NCBI GenBank assembly: GCA_044344255.1
Contig: JBIJDH010000004.1
Coordinates: 288,001-352,000, forward strand
Direction of reading: 5' to 3'
Length of the DNA: 64,000 bases
DNA from: Myxococcota bacterium
GTDB lineage: Bacteria; Myxococcota_A; UBA796; UBA2385
Shown one piece after another: positions 1 through 9,088 of this stretch. The notes under the pieces were generated by a model, which saw nothing but the letters and a program-made list of their open reading frames with translations, was not told the origin of the DNA and searched no databases. Within the stretch, counting starts at the first letter, position 1; each line of letters starts with the position of its first letter. The position numbers and the translations under genes are program-made.

Positions 1-248
1 ATGCGGGCGCAGTGGCCGCAGGGCTTCTGGATGCAGCAGTCGTACCGACCCTCCTCGCCGAGGTCAGCGACGAGCTGGTCGAGCTCGCCGACGATCGCCT
101 GGCGGCGCCCCTCGTAGTCGCCGCGCTCCAGCGCCGCGCCCCCGCCGGCTGCGCCCTCGCGGACCGCCTTCGATCCGGGGGGCTCGGACGGGCAGCCGAA
201 CCAGGCCAGGAGGAGGAGGGTGCGGGGGAGCAGGCCGCGGGGGGTCAT
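1..248 (-). CDS. Putative Cys-rich lipoprotein; runs off the window edge and is absent from the ORF track
   Basis: ATG at 248 overlaps the upstream TGA (ATGA). Manual translation: MTPRGLLPRTLLLLAWFGC-PSEPP...YDCCIQKPCGHCAR, with a lipobox-like FGC and a Cys cluster. Confidence 0.7.
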   Translation of the reverse strand, partial: MTPRGLLPRTLLLLAWFGCPSEPPGSKAVREGAAGGGAALERGDYEGRRQAIVGELDQLVADLGEEGRYDCCIQKPCGHCAR

Positions 249-1933
249 TCGGCGCTGAGCTCGGCGCGGACGGCGGCGCCGACCCGCTCGGCGCGGAGGG
301 AGACGGCCTCGAGGGCGGCGGCGGCGCGGGCGCGGTAGGCGGCGCGCGCGTCGGGGTCGGCGAGGTCGCGGGCGTTGATGTTCACGTTGTAGAAGGCCCC
401 CTCGGCGGCCGCGCGGAGGGTGAGCGCGGCGACGCCGGCGTCGGAGCGGGCGTTCTTGTTGCCGGTGGCCGCGACCTCGACGGCGTCGAGGGCCTTGACG
501 CAGCGCTCGAGCACGCCGAGGGGCACCTCGATGGCGTGGCGGGTGGCCGCCTGGATGGCGGCGACGCGGGCGGCCTTGTCGGCCTCGGTGGCCTTGGGGA
601 GGCCGAAGGCGGACATGATGCCGTCAAAGGCGAGCGTGTCGCGGTCAATGTCCTGGAGGAAGGCCTCCTTCAGCGCCTGGGCCTCCACCGCGGCGGCGGC
701 GTGCTTGGCGTTGTCCTGCTCGTAGCCCTTCTTCCCGGTGGTGAGCTGGGAGACCATCGCGGCGAGCGAGGTGGCGAGGGCCCCGCAGAGGGCGGCCACC
801 GAGCCGCCGCCGGGGGCCGGCGCCGAGGAGGAGAGGCGGTCGATGAAGCCGCGCACGGTGGCGCCCACGAGCGGGCCGTCCTTCGTGATGCGGCGCTCGA
901 TGATGCGCTGATCGGCGTCGAAGGGGCCGAGGTCGCGGAGGCCGAGGGAGCGGATCGCGGTCTCGACCACCTCGCTCTCCGGCGCGCCGGGGTTGACGCC
1001 CTGGCGGCGGAGGTAGTGGTGCCCGGCGGCCATCAGGGCGTCGCGGGGCACGAGGCCCACGAGCTCGCTGCCGGTGACGACCACGCCCTCCTCGTCGGCC
1101 ACGCGGCGGATCGTGTCGTAGACCTCGTGCAGGGGCGCGCTCGTGTGGTCGGTGAGGTTCAAGGAGACCTGGCAGCGGTCATACTCGGCGATGAACCAGC
1201 CGATACCCTTGACGCTGCGGAAGAGGCCAGGGTCCCGCACGCCCTTGCCCTCGGCGTCGCGCACGATCTCGCCCTGTCCGTCGCGGCGGTAGATGCCCTT
1301 CTCGCGCACCAGGGCCGCGATCTTGTTGGCCCGGCGCAGGTTCTTGGTGTTGAGGTTGACGTTCCAGGCGATGAGGAAGGGGCGGGCGCCGATGACCGAG
1401 GCGCCGCTCGTGGCCACCCGCGCGTCCCAGGCGGCGGGGCCGTAGTCAGGGGCCCACTCTGGGTCCTGCAGCTTGGCGGCGAGGCCCTCGTACTCGCCGG
1501 CCCGGATGTCGGGCAGCTCGACGCGGGCGGGGCGGCTGGCGGCGGCCTGGTAGAGGTAGACCGGGATCCCGAGCTCCCGCCCGACCCGCTCGCCCAGGCG
1601 GCGCGCCAGCTCGGCGCAGTCCTCCATCGAGGCGCCGGAGACGGGCACGAAGGGGCAGACGTCGGTGGCGCCGATGCGGGGGTGGGCGCCCTTGTGCTGC
1701 CGCATGTCGATGAGGGCGGCGGCGCGCGCGATGCCGGCGAAGGCGCCCTCGAGCACGGCCTCGGGGGGCCCGACGAAGGTGACGACGGTGCGGTTCGTGG
1801 CCTCCCCGCGATCGACGTCGAGGAGGGAGACCCCGGGCACCGCAGAGATCGCGGCGGTGATCTGCGCGATGACGGCGGCGTCGCGGCCCTCGGAGAAGTT
1901 CGGCACACACTCGACGATGGGACCCTGACTCAT
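245..1933 (-). CDS. ftcD: Bifunctional glutamate formimidoyltransferase / formiminotetrahydrofolate cyclodeaminase
   Basis: N-terminal ECVPNFSEGRD and HPRIGATDVCPFVP; C-terminal cyclodeaminase motif APGGGSVAAL. Confidence 0.95.
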   Translation of the reverse strand: MSQGPIVECVPNFSEGRDAAVIAQITAAISAVPGVSLLDVDRGEATNRTVVTFVGPPEAVLEGAFAGIARAAALIDMRQHKGAHPRIGATDVCPFVPVSGASMEDCAELARRLGERVGRELGIPVYLYQAAASRPARVELPDIRAGEYEGLAAKLQDPEWAPDYGPAAWDARVATSGASVIGARPFLIAWNVNLNTKNLRRANKIAALVREKGIYRRDGQGEIVRDAEGKGVRDPGLFRSVKGIGWFIAEYDRCQVSLNLTDHTSAPLHEVYDTIRRVADEEGVVVTGSELVGLVPRDALMAAGHHYLRRQGVNPGAPESEVVETAIRSLGLRDLGPFDADQRIIERRITKDGPLVGATVRGFIDRLSSSAPAPGGGSVAALCGALATSLAAMVSQLTTGKKGYEQDNAKHAAAAVEAQALKEAFLQDIDRDTLAFDGIMSAFGLPKATEADKAARVAAIQAATRHAIEVPLGVLERCVKALDAVEVAATGNKNARSDAGVAALTLRAAAEGAFYNVNINARDLADPDARAAYRARAAAALEAVSLRAERVGAAVRAELSAE

Positions 1934-2044
1934 GTGGACCTCGGCGACCCTCGGGCCCGCCCTGCGCAGAGGGGCCGCCCGCGGCGGGGGTTGGGAAACA
2001 GGTGACAGTCGACTCAGATCGGGCGAAGGAGATCACCCGAAGCC

Positions 2045-2063
2045 TATGCTGGTTCACTGGAGG
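2045..2063 (+). promoter_or_regulatory. Candidate -10 element (TATGCT) and RBS (GGAGG)
   Basis: TATGCT at 2045-2050 and GGAGG 5 nt before ATG 2069. Confidence 0.4.
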
Positions 2064-2068
2064 TCTCC

Positions 2069-3379
2069 ATGGCCCGATTGCCCCTCGCCTCGCCCTCGTG
2101 GCGGTCTCCTGCGGGGGTCCCCATCGGGCTCGCGCTCTGCGCCTCGCTCTCGCTCTTCGGCTGCAAGGAAGAGGCGGACAAGGGCTTCGTCGGCGGCGGC
2201 GGTTCGCTCAACACGGAAGACACGGGCGCCGCCGACGGCGCCGACGGCACGGACGGCGCCGACGGCGCCGACGGCGGGGATGACGGGGTGCCCGTCGACA
2301 CCAACATCGAGCTCCCGCCCACGCCGGAGGCCTGCACGACGGGTGAGGAGGGAGCGGTCGAGACCCAGCCCGCGCTCCGCCTGACCGCTGTGGCCACGTG
2401 GACGATCGAGTTCGACGCCGAGGCCGAGGCCAGCGGCTTCTTCGACTGCAGCTACACCCGCCGCTTCGAGGGCCTGCAGACCCTCGAGCACGACTTCACC
2501 TGCCCCGACTGTGACGTGCTCATCACCCGCGGCGACGCCACCGTGACCGAGGGCCTCGACTGCGTGGAGCAGATCACCGGCACCGCGGAGGAGGTCCGCC
2601 CCGAGATGTGGGGCGCGACCTCGGACGGCCGGCTCTTCCGCGTCGGGCGCGACCAGTCGCCCCTCTCGGAGCTCGCCACCTTCACGCCGCCCGCCGTGGA
2701 GGGAGAGAGCGTGGCCATCGAGTGGTCGAGCACCTCCGACCTCACCGACGGCGGCACGATGCTGCTGAGCGCCATGGGCGAGATGAGCTGGGTCGCCGAT
2801 CCCGAGACGCTGCTCAACGAGCCCTTTGGCCCCCGGCCGGCCGCCTACGCCTGCGGCTGGGAGTGTAATGACCCCGGCACCCACGCCCAGGACTACGCCC
2901 TCGACATCGGCTCGACGATGCCCAACGTGCGCCTCGACGACCAGTGCGGCGACGCGGTCGATCTGTGGGACTTCACCGGCTCCTACCTCATCATCGACAA
3001 CGCCGAGCCCGACTGTGGGCCCTGCCGCAGCATGGCCTCGGAGTCCGAGGCCTTCCTCGCCCGCATGCGCGAGGCCGGCATCCCCGTGCGGGCGATCACC
3101 ATCCTCGGCAACGGCCTGGGCGAGCCTTGGGTCACGCCCGACGCCGAGGTGGTCGATGAGTGGGTGAGCAGCTCCGGCGGCGCCGATCCGGTGCTCGCCG
3201 ACAACGGCTACGGCTGGTCGCTCTTCCCCTCCTTCTTCGAGACGGCCACGGGGGAGAGCTTTGGTTATCCGGCCTGGATCCTCGTCGATCCGGAGATGAA
3301 GATCATCAAGGCCAACATCGGCTACTCGAGCTGGGAGCCGATGGAGGAGGCCATCCTCGACGACCTCAGCGGGGGCTGA
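2069..3379 (+). CDS. Lipoprotein with a C-terminal redoxin (thioredoxin-fold) domain
   Basis: Lipobox LFGC; DG-x repeat linker; C-terminal LDDQCGDAVDLWDFTGSYLII...CGPC resembles TlpA/AhpC-TSA; additional CPDC in the N-terminal part. Confidence 0.75.
   Translation: MARLPLASPSWRSPAGVPIGLALCASLSLFGCKEEADKGFVGGGGSLNTEDTGAADGADGTDGADGADGGDDGVPVDTNIELPPTPEACTTGEEGAVETQPALRLTAVATWTIEFDAEAEASGFFDCSYTRRFEGLQTLEHDFTCPDCDVLITRGDATVTEGLDCVEQITGTAEEVRPEMWGATSDGRLFRVGRDQSPLSELATFTPPAVEGESVAIEWSSTSDLTDGGTMLLSAMGEMSWVADPETLLNEPFGPRPAAYACGWECNDPGTHAQDYALDIGSTMPNVRLDDQCGDAVDLWDFTGSYLIIDNAEPDCGPCRSMASESEAFLARMREAGIPVRAITILGNGLGEPWVTPDAEVVDEWVSSSGGADPVLADNGYGWSLFPSFFETATGESFGYPAWILVDPEMKIIKANIGYSSWEPMEEAILDDLSGG
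2230..2287 (+). repeat. Imperfect 9-nt tandem repeat (GCCGACGGC) encoding Gly-X-Asp triplets
   Basis: Encodes ADGADGTDGADGADGGDDG. Confidence 0.8.
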
Positions 3380-3434
3380 GCCCCGCCGGGTCGCCGAGCG
3401 GCTCGGCGCGTAAGCCTCGCTTCGAGGGGGCCGC

Positions 3435-6002
3435 TCAGGCCTGCCGCGCCTCGAGGGCCTCGATGCGGTCGAGGGCCTTGCGGAGCTTGTCCTGGAGGGC
3501 CTCGACGCTGCGCTGGAGCGTCGGGAGCTCCGCCCCCGGGCCCCCGCGCCGGAGCCCGCTCGCCAGTCGTCGCACGCGGGGGTGGTCCTGGGTGGCGAGG
3601 GAGGGCAGGGCCGCCTCGATCGCCGCCGCCGCCTCGGGGAGGCCGAGGGCGGAGAGCGCCCGCGCCGCCGCGATGCGGATGTTGTAGACCGGGTCACGGA
3701 GGAGCCCGACGAGGAGCTCGACGGCCTGCTCCTGGGCGGGCCGCGCGGACCAGCGGGCGGCGTCGGCGAGGGCCTCGACGGCGCCCACCCGCACCTGGGT
3801 GCGGTCGGTGACCGCGACGGCGCGGCCCCGAAGGTAGTGGACCGCGGCCTCGGTGCGCAGGGAGCCGAGGCCGGTGAGGGCGCCCTTGGCGGCTTGGCCC
3901 CACCACTCGGGGGCCTCGGCCCAGGCGACGAGCAGCGCCATATCGGCGGGATCGCGCTGCAGGCCGAGGTTTCGGAGGGCGGCAGCGGCGGCGCGGTAGG
4001 GGCGCTCGGGGAGGGCCAGCCAGGCGCGGAGGGCGGCGTGCACTTCCGGGTGACGCTGGCCGCCCACGGCGTCGAGGGTGCCCATCATGGCGCGGGGATC
4101 GACCTCCTCGGCGATCAGCGTGGCGAGGCCCTGCAGGGCGGCCTCGGAGCCGCCCTTGCCGAGGGCGGTCGCGTAGATCACGCGGATCCCCCAGCGCGGC
4201 TCGGCCCGCCAGGCCTCGACGACGGCGGCGACGTCGCTGGCGCGGCCCCCCTTGGCGAGGGTGTGGGCGGCGTGGAGGCGAGCGCTGACCGAGGTGGCGC
4301 CGAGGGAGCGGCGCAGCATGTCGGCGCCGGGATCGAAGTCCACCACGGCGAGCACGGCGCTCTCAGGGTCGATCTGCACCTGCAGCGGGGCGCTCGCCAG
4401 GGGGATCAGGAGGCTGTGGCGGGGGCCCGACAGGGGCAGGCGGTGGTGGCTCCAGCGCCCCTCCGCCTCCTCTACGGCGACGTCGAGCGGCAGGTCGAAG
4501 GCGCCCACCCCCCGCGCGGCGTCGATCTGGGTCTGGTCGACCGTGATCCGCAGCTCGCCGCGGCGTGCGTCGTGGTGGAGCTCCACCTTGAGGGTCGGGT
4601 GCCCGGGGCTCTCAAACCACTGCTCGAAGAAGCGCGCGAGGTAGAGGCCGCTTGTCGCCTCGATCTCGCGGCGGAAGTGGTCAGTCTCGACGACCTCTCC
4701 GCCGTAGTGGGAGAGGTAGCGTTGGACGCCCTTCCAGAAGGGTACATCGCCGACGATCTTCCGCAGCATGTGCAGGCGCACCGCCCCGCCTGGATAGAGG
4801 TGCCGGTCGAACATGTCCCAAGAGGAGTCGTATCGACGGGTGATGATGGGCCGCATGTAGCGGCCCTCGGCCTCGCCGAGGTACTCGACCTTCTCATTGT
4901 AGAGCTGGACGTGCATGGCCTCGAGGCTGTCCGTCTCTTCGAGCCAGACCGCCTCCATGTAGGTCGCCCAGCTCTCCTTGAGCCAGACATGGGCGAAGTC
5001 GCGCACCACGACGGCGTCGCCGAACCAGGAGTGGCTCATCTCGTGCAGGTTGACGAGGTCGACGAGGTGCCCGAACTCGGCCCGCCCGCGTTCGTCCTGC
5101 ACCCAGGCGTCGTCCCAGCTCACGAGGGAGATGTTCTCCATCGCGCCGCCGATCTGGTGCGCGGCGAACTGAAAATACTTTGGGAAAGGGAAGGGGACGC
5201 CAAGGCGGCCGACCAGCCAGTCCATCATCCCCGCGGTGGGGCCGAAGGTGCGGCTCAGGTCAGCGGCGGTGAAGGGCGGGGGCGCGAAGAAGGCGATCTC
5301 GAGGCCCTCGTGCCCGGGCGCGGTCGGGCGGCCGCCCTCGGCGCGGACGAGATCGCCCACGCAGAGACAGAGGAGGTAGGAGGGGGTGGGGTGCTCAAGC
5401 TCCCAGCGCACCGTGCGGGTGCCGTCGCCATGAGCCTCATCGCCGCGGGCGATGCCGCCGGCGAGGCTCGTGTGGCGGGCGAGGCTGCGGATGGAGATCG
5501 TCCAGCTCGGCCGCACGGAGGGATGATCCACGCAGGGGAGCCAGTAGCGAGCGCGCTCGGTCTCGTGATCGGTGGCCGCCCACTGCGGCTCGGCCGGGCG
5601 GGACGGATCGGCGGAGGAGAAGTGGAGGCCGGTGATGGGGCGCAGGGCCACCGAACAGACCGTGACCGGCCGGAGCTCTCCGGCCTCAAAGGGGGCCACC
5701 CAGGTGATGAAGAGGTGGGCGCCGTCGGTTCGCCACTGGAGGGCGCGCCCGTCCGGATCGTGGACGGCCTCGATCTCGAGGTCAATTGCGTCGAGCACGA
5801 GGGTCGGCCGGCCGCCGGCGATGGCGCGGACCCGGGTGGTGGCCTCTACCGTCGCTCGCCGTGCGGGGATGTCGAGCTGGAGGTTCAGATCGACGTGGAC
5901 GGGACAGAGCTCGGTGTCCGGCGCGTACTTGGGCGAGGCCCCCACGGCGAAGGCGGCCGCGGAGGCGGGGAGCGCAGGATCGAGGTCGTGTTGCCTGGGC
6001 AT
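3435..6002 (-). CDS. pepN: M1-family aminopeptidase with C-terminal HEAT-like repeats and a coiled-coil tail
   Basis: GAMEN motif, zinc motif HEMSHSWFG...WLKE, helical Ala/Leu-rich C-terminus. Confidence 0.92.
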   Translation of the reverse strand: MPRQHDLDPALPASAAAFAVGASPKYAPDTELCPVHVDLNLQLDIPARRATVEATTRVRAIAGGRPTLVLDAIDLEIEAVHDPDGRALQWRTDGAHLFITWVAPFEAGELRPVTVCSVALRPITGLHFSSADPSRPAEPQWAATDHETERARYWLPCVDHPSVRPSWTISIRSLARHTSLAGGIARGDEAHGDGTRTVRWELEHPTPSYLLCLCVGDLVRAEGGRPTAPGHEGLEIAFFAPPPFTAADLSRTFGPTAGMMDWLVGRLGVPFPFPKYFQFAAHQIGGAMENISLVSWDDAWVQDERGRAEFGHLVDLVNLHEMSHSWFGDAVVVRDFAHVWLKESWATYMEAVWLEETDSLEAMHVQLYNEKVEYLGEAEGRYMRPIITRRYDSSWDMFDRHLYPGGAVRLHMLRKIVGDVPFWKGVQRYLSHYGGEVVETDHFRREIEATSGLYLARFFEQWFESPGHPTLKVELHHDARRGELRITVDQTQIDAARGVGAFDLPLDVAVEEAEGRWSHHRLPLSGPRHSLLIPLASAPLQVQIDPESAVLAVVDFDPGADMLRRSLGATSVSARLHAAHTLAKGGRASDVAAVVEAWRAEPRWGIRVIYATALGKGGSEAALQGLATLIAEEVDPRAMMGTLDAVGGQRHPEVHAALRAWLALPERPYRAAAAALRNLGLQRDPADMALLVAWAEAPEWWGQAAKGALTGLGSLRTEAAVHYLRGRAVAVTDRTQVRVGAVEALADAARWSARPAQEQAVELLVGLLRDPVYNIRIAAARALSALGLPEAAAAIEAALPSLATQDHPRVRRLASGLRRGGPGAELPTLQRSVEALQDKLRKALDRIEALEARQA

Positions 6003-6040
6003 GGGGGCTCCAGCGGCGGAGGGGCGCCGCGCGGTGAAGT

Positions 6041-6751
6041 TCAGAGACGGTCGCCGAAGAGCGCCGTGCCCACTCGGACCAGGGTGGCGCCGTGGCGGAT
6101 GGCGACCTCGAAGTCGTCGCTCATGCCCATGGACAGCTCCACCAAGGGGAGGCCGCGCGCCCGGCCCTCCCGCGCCAGCGCCGACATCGCCTCAAAGTAG
6201 GGGGCGGCGGCCTCCGGGTCCTCCGCCCAGGGGGGGATGGTCATCAAGCCGCGGAGCCGGACGTCGGGGAGGGCGGCGAGCGCGGCGCAGAGGTCGAGCA
6301 CCGTGGCCGGCGCGACGCCCGCCTTGCTCTCCTCGCCGCCGATGTTCACCTCGACGAGGATGGCGACGGGGCCGGGATCCTGGCCGCGCTCGGCGAGGTT
6401 CCGCCGGCGCTTGCCGATCTCCTGGGCGAGCTCGAGGCTGTCCACCGTGTGGATGAGCGCGACCTCCCCCACCACGTTCCGGACCTTGTTCTTCTGCAGG
6501 GGGCCGATGAAGTGCCACTCGACGGGCGGGAGGTCTTGCCGTTCGGCGAAGGCGGCCCGCTTGTCCCGGAGCTCCTGGGCCCGGTTCTCTCCGAGGAGGG
6601 TCTGTCCGTCGAGGACGGCGGCGGCCAGCCGGTCTGCGGGCACCGTCTTGCTGGCGGCGAGGAGGCGGACGGAGCCCGGCCTGCGACCGGCGGCCTCGGT
6701 GGCGGCGGCGACGCGGGCGAGGAGCTCGGCGCGGCGGGCGGCGAAGGTCAT
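6041..6751 (-). CDS. yggS: YggS-family pyridoxal phosphate homeostasis protein
   Basis: LLAASK, GENRAQE, WHFIGPLQKNK, LSMGMSDDF, VRVGTALFG. ATG 6751 overlaps the maf stop; the ORF-track extension to 8059 is spurious. Confidence 0.95.
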   Translation of the reverse strand: MTFAARRAELLARVAAATEAAGRRPGSVRLLAASKTVPADRLAAAVLDGQTLLGENRAQELRDKRAAFAERQDLPPVEWHFIGPLQKNKVRNVVGEVALIHTVDSLELAQEIGKRRRNLAERGQDPGPVAILVEVNIGGEESKAGVAPATVLDLCAALAALPDVRLRGLMTIPPWAEDPEAAAPYFEAMSALAREGRARGLPLVELSMGMSDDFEVAIRHGATLVRVGTALFGDRL

Positions 6752-7347
6752 GCGGCCCCCGAGGGGTGGATGCCGACCGTGGCGAGCGCGGCCAGCACCT
6801 CGACGAGGGGGAGGCCGACCACGTTGGTGTGGCTGCCCACCACCCGGTCGATGAGCGCGGCGCCCGCGCCTTGGATGCCGTACCCGCCTGCCTTGTCGCG
6901 GCCCTCGCCCGTCGCGACGTAGGCCCAGACCTCCGCCTCGCGCAGCCCCCGGAACCGCACCCGGGAGGTGCGGTGGCCCCGCAGGACCCGCCCCTCGCCG
7001 CGGAGGCACCAGGCCGTGGTGACGCTGTGCCAGGCGCCGGCGAGGGCGCGGAGGAAGCGGGCGGCCTCCTCGTCGTCGACGGGCTTCTCGAAGAGGGCGG
7101 GCCCCAGGTGCACGACGGTGTCCGCAGAGAGGGCAAAGCCGGCCGCGACCTCGATCGCGCCCGCCTTCTCGACGGAGAGGCGCCGCGCATAGGCCACCGC
7201 GGCCTCTCCCGGGCGGGGCGCCTCGGGGATCTGAGGGGGCCTCACCGCGGCGATGCGGATGCCGGCGGTCTCCAAGAGCTGGCGGCGGCGCGGGGAGGCG
7301 CTCGCCAACGTCAGGGGAGGGCAGGGGGCGAGCGAGGGCGCAGACAG
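6748..7347 (-). CDS. maf: Maf-family nucleoside triphosphate pyrophosphatase; start uncertain, possibly CTG
   Basis: LASASPRRRQLL, SADTVV, EKP, DKAGGYGIQG, NVVGLP. Confidence 0.9.
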   Translation of the reverse strand: MSAPSLAPCPPLTLASASPRRRQLLETAGIRIAAVRPPQIPEAPRPGEAAVAYARRLSVEKAGAIEVAAGFALSADTVVHLGPALFEKPVDDEEAARFLRALAGAWHSVTTAWCLRGEGRVLRGHRTSRVRFRGLREAEVWAYVATGEGRDKAGGYGIQGAGAALIDRVVGSHTNVVGLPLVEVLAALATVGIHPSGAA

Positions 7348-7490
7348 CGGCGGCTCCGAGACGGGGCGGCCCCCTAACCGGCGCCGCGCGCGGAGGCGTC
7401 CGGGGGGGCCGCCCGTGGGCCGCCCGTGGGCCGCCGTCGTGCGCCCACTGGTGAGCGACCAGTCTCCGGAATATTCTGGGACTGACCCCA

Positions 7491-8234
7491 ATGACGAGCG
7501 AAATGCTGAGGAGCGTCATGCCCCGCGACCTGAGCCGAGAGGCGGCCCTCATCGCGGCCCGCAGCCAGCGCGACCGCCAGAGCCTGGAGCGGGTCTGGCG
7601 GGCCAGCCGAAGGGAGCGCCTGTCGCTGGCGCTCGTCTTCGCGCTCGTGGGCGCCAGCGCCGCCTTCTTCCTCCCCTTTGAGCGGGACGCCACGCTGCTC
7701 CGGGCGGGTGTGGTGGTCTTCACCGTCGGTCTCTGCGGCGTCGCCCTGCGCGGCGCCGCCCGAGCGCGCGCCGAGCTCCGAGGCCCCCTCGATCGCTGTG
7801 AGGCCCGCTGCGCCGCGCGGCCTCGGGTGCGGGTGTTCGAGGCGTCCGTGAGCCGGGTGCTGACCGCCACTGATGAGGGCGGAGAGGGTCTGTCCTGGTG
7901 GTTCTTCATCGGCCCCGACGGCTCGGCCCTCCTGGTCGAGGACGCCGAGCTGTCGGTCGAGCGGCCCGCGCAGTGGCGCGCCTCGCTCACCCTCGTCGTC
8001 GACGGCATGGGAGAGGGCCTCTTTGTCGAGACGACGGGCGCGCCGGTGCCCTTCTCCAATCGCGCCTTGCAGCCCCCCGACTTCCTGCCGCAGCCCGACA
8101 GCCTCTATTGGACCGCGGGCGAATCGGAAGGGGAGGGGGAGGGGGAGGGGGAGGGGGATCGGGTGGCGACACCCTGTCGTATCCCGGCCGCGACGCTGCC
8201 CGACGAGGCCGGTCAGGGGCCGCTCCACACGTAG
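7491..8234 (+). CDS. Hypothetical membrane protein with two TM segments
   Basis: Two hydrophobic stretches, GC-rich third codon positions, fills the gap between maf and the convergent gene ending at 8213. Confidence 0.6.
   Translation: MTSEMLRSVMPRDLSREAALIAARSQRDRQSLERVWRASRRERLSLALVFALVGASAAFFLPFERDATLLRAGVVVFTVGLCGVALRGAARARAELRGPLDRCEARCAARPRVRVFEASVSRVLTATDEGGEGLSWWFFIGPDGSALLVEDAELSVERPAQWRASLTLVVDGMGEGLFVETTGAPVPFSNRALQPPDFLPQPDSLYWTAGESEGEGEGEGEGDRVATPCRIPAATLPDEAGQGPLHT
8129..8158 (+). repeat. (GGGGGA)n hexamer repeat encoding EGEGEGEGEG
   Basis: Five G runs separated by single A. Confidence 0.8.
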
Positions 8235-9088
8235 GCCGCGACCCCCTCGCTCGTATAGCCGTAGACGGCCACGGCGGCGTCGCGCTCCTCGGCGCTGAGC
8301 GTATAGAAGTGGTCGCCAGTGGTGCCGGAGTACAACCGATAGAGGGGCACTGAGCCGCAGGTCTCGGCGGTGGCCACCCAGCCGACGACCAGGTCGACGG
8401 CGAGGCCGATCTCGCAGGTGGAGGAGAGGGTGAGGAAGCGCTGGCCGTTGCCCTTGTCGCAGCGATAGAGCGGGGAGAGGGCGGCGGACTCTGCTGGATA
8501 GACGTAGAAGTAGGGGTCGGACTCGATCGACTGGCCGGCGTTCGCCGCCTCGGCGGGGTCGAGGCCGTAGATGTGGCCGTAGGGGCCGCCGCTCCGATAG
8601 ACATCGACCCGACAGGAGAGGTCCTCGTCACAGGCGCCGTCGCAGTCGTCATCGGCGCCGTCACAGGTCTCGACAGGCGGCGCGCAGGTGGGGATGCAGG
8701 GGTCTGCGCAGTCCAGCGCGCCGACGCTCCCGCAGGAGGTGGAGCAGGCCGCGGCGGGCACACAGGTGTCCTCCTGTTCGCAGCCGGTGGCCAGCGTGCC
8801 GTCGCAGTCGGCCCAGCCGGGGTCACAGGCGCCGAGCGCGCACTCGCCGTCCACGCACGCGGCCTCTCCCTGGTCGATCAGGCAGGTGCGGCCGCAGGCG
8901 CCGCAGTTGCGGGGATCGGTGGCGAGGTCTACGCAGAGGTCGTCGCAGCGGTCGGCCTCGCAGGCCTCGGCCTCGGGAGAGAAGCCGACGGGATCGGGCT
9001 CCTCGCCTTTGGTGGACGAGATCTCCGCGCAGGCTCCGAAGAGGCAGAGCAGGGGCGCGGCCAGGGAGGCGCGGGGGGCCCGCTTCAA
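8213..9088 (-). CDS. Cys-rich lipoprotein (STIG1-like and CDGxDDDCDG myxobacterial repeats, C-terminal HFYT-type domain)
   Basis: TTG 9088 overlaps the upstream TGA; lipobox FGAC; CVDLATDPRNCGACG; ETCDGADDDCDG; PLYRLY...DHFYTLSAEERD. Confidence 0.8.
   Translation of the reverse strand: MKRAPRASLAAPLLCLFGACAEISSTKGEEPDPVGFSPEAEACEADRCDDLCVDLATDPRNCGACGRTCLIDQGEAACVDGECALGACDPGWADCDGTLATGCEQEDTCVPAAACSTSCGSVGALDCADPCIPTCAPPVETCDGADDDCDGACDEDLSCRVDVYRSGGPYGHIYGLDPAEAANAGQSIESDPYFYVYPAESAALSPLYRCDKGNGQRFLTLSSTCEIGLAVDLVVGWVATAETCGSVPLYRLYSGTTGDHFYTLSAEERDAAVAVYGYTSEGVAAYVWSGP

Noticed and set aside
6752..8059. Apparent 672-aa N-terminally extended YggS fusion
   Set aside because: The extension is Arg/Pro/Gly-rich off-frame sequence overlapping maf; the real start is ATG 6751
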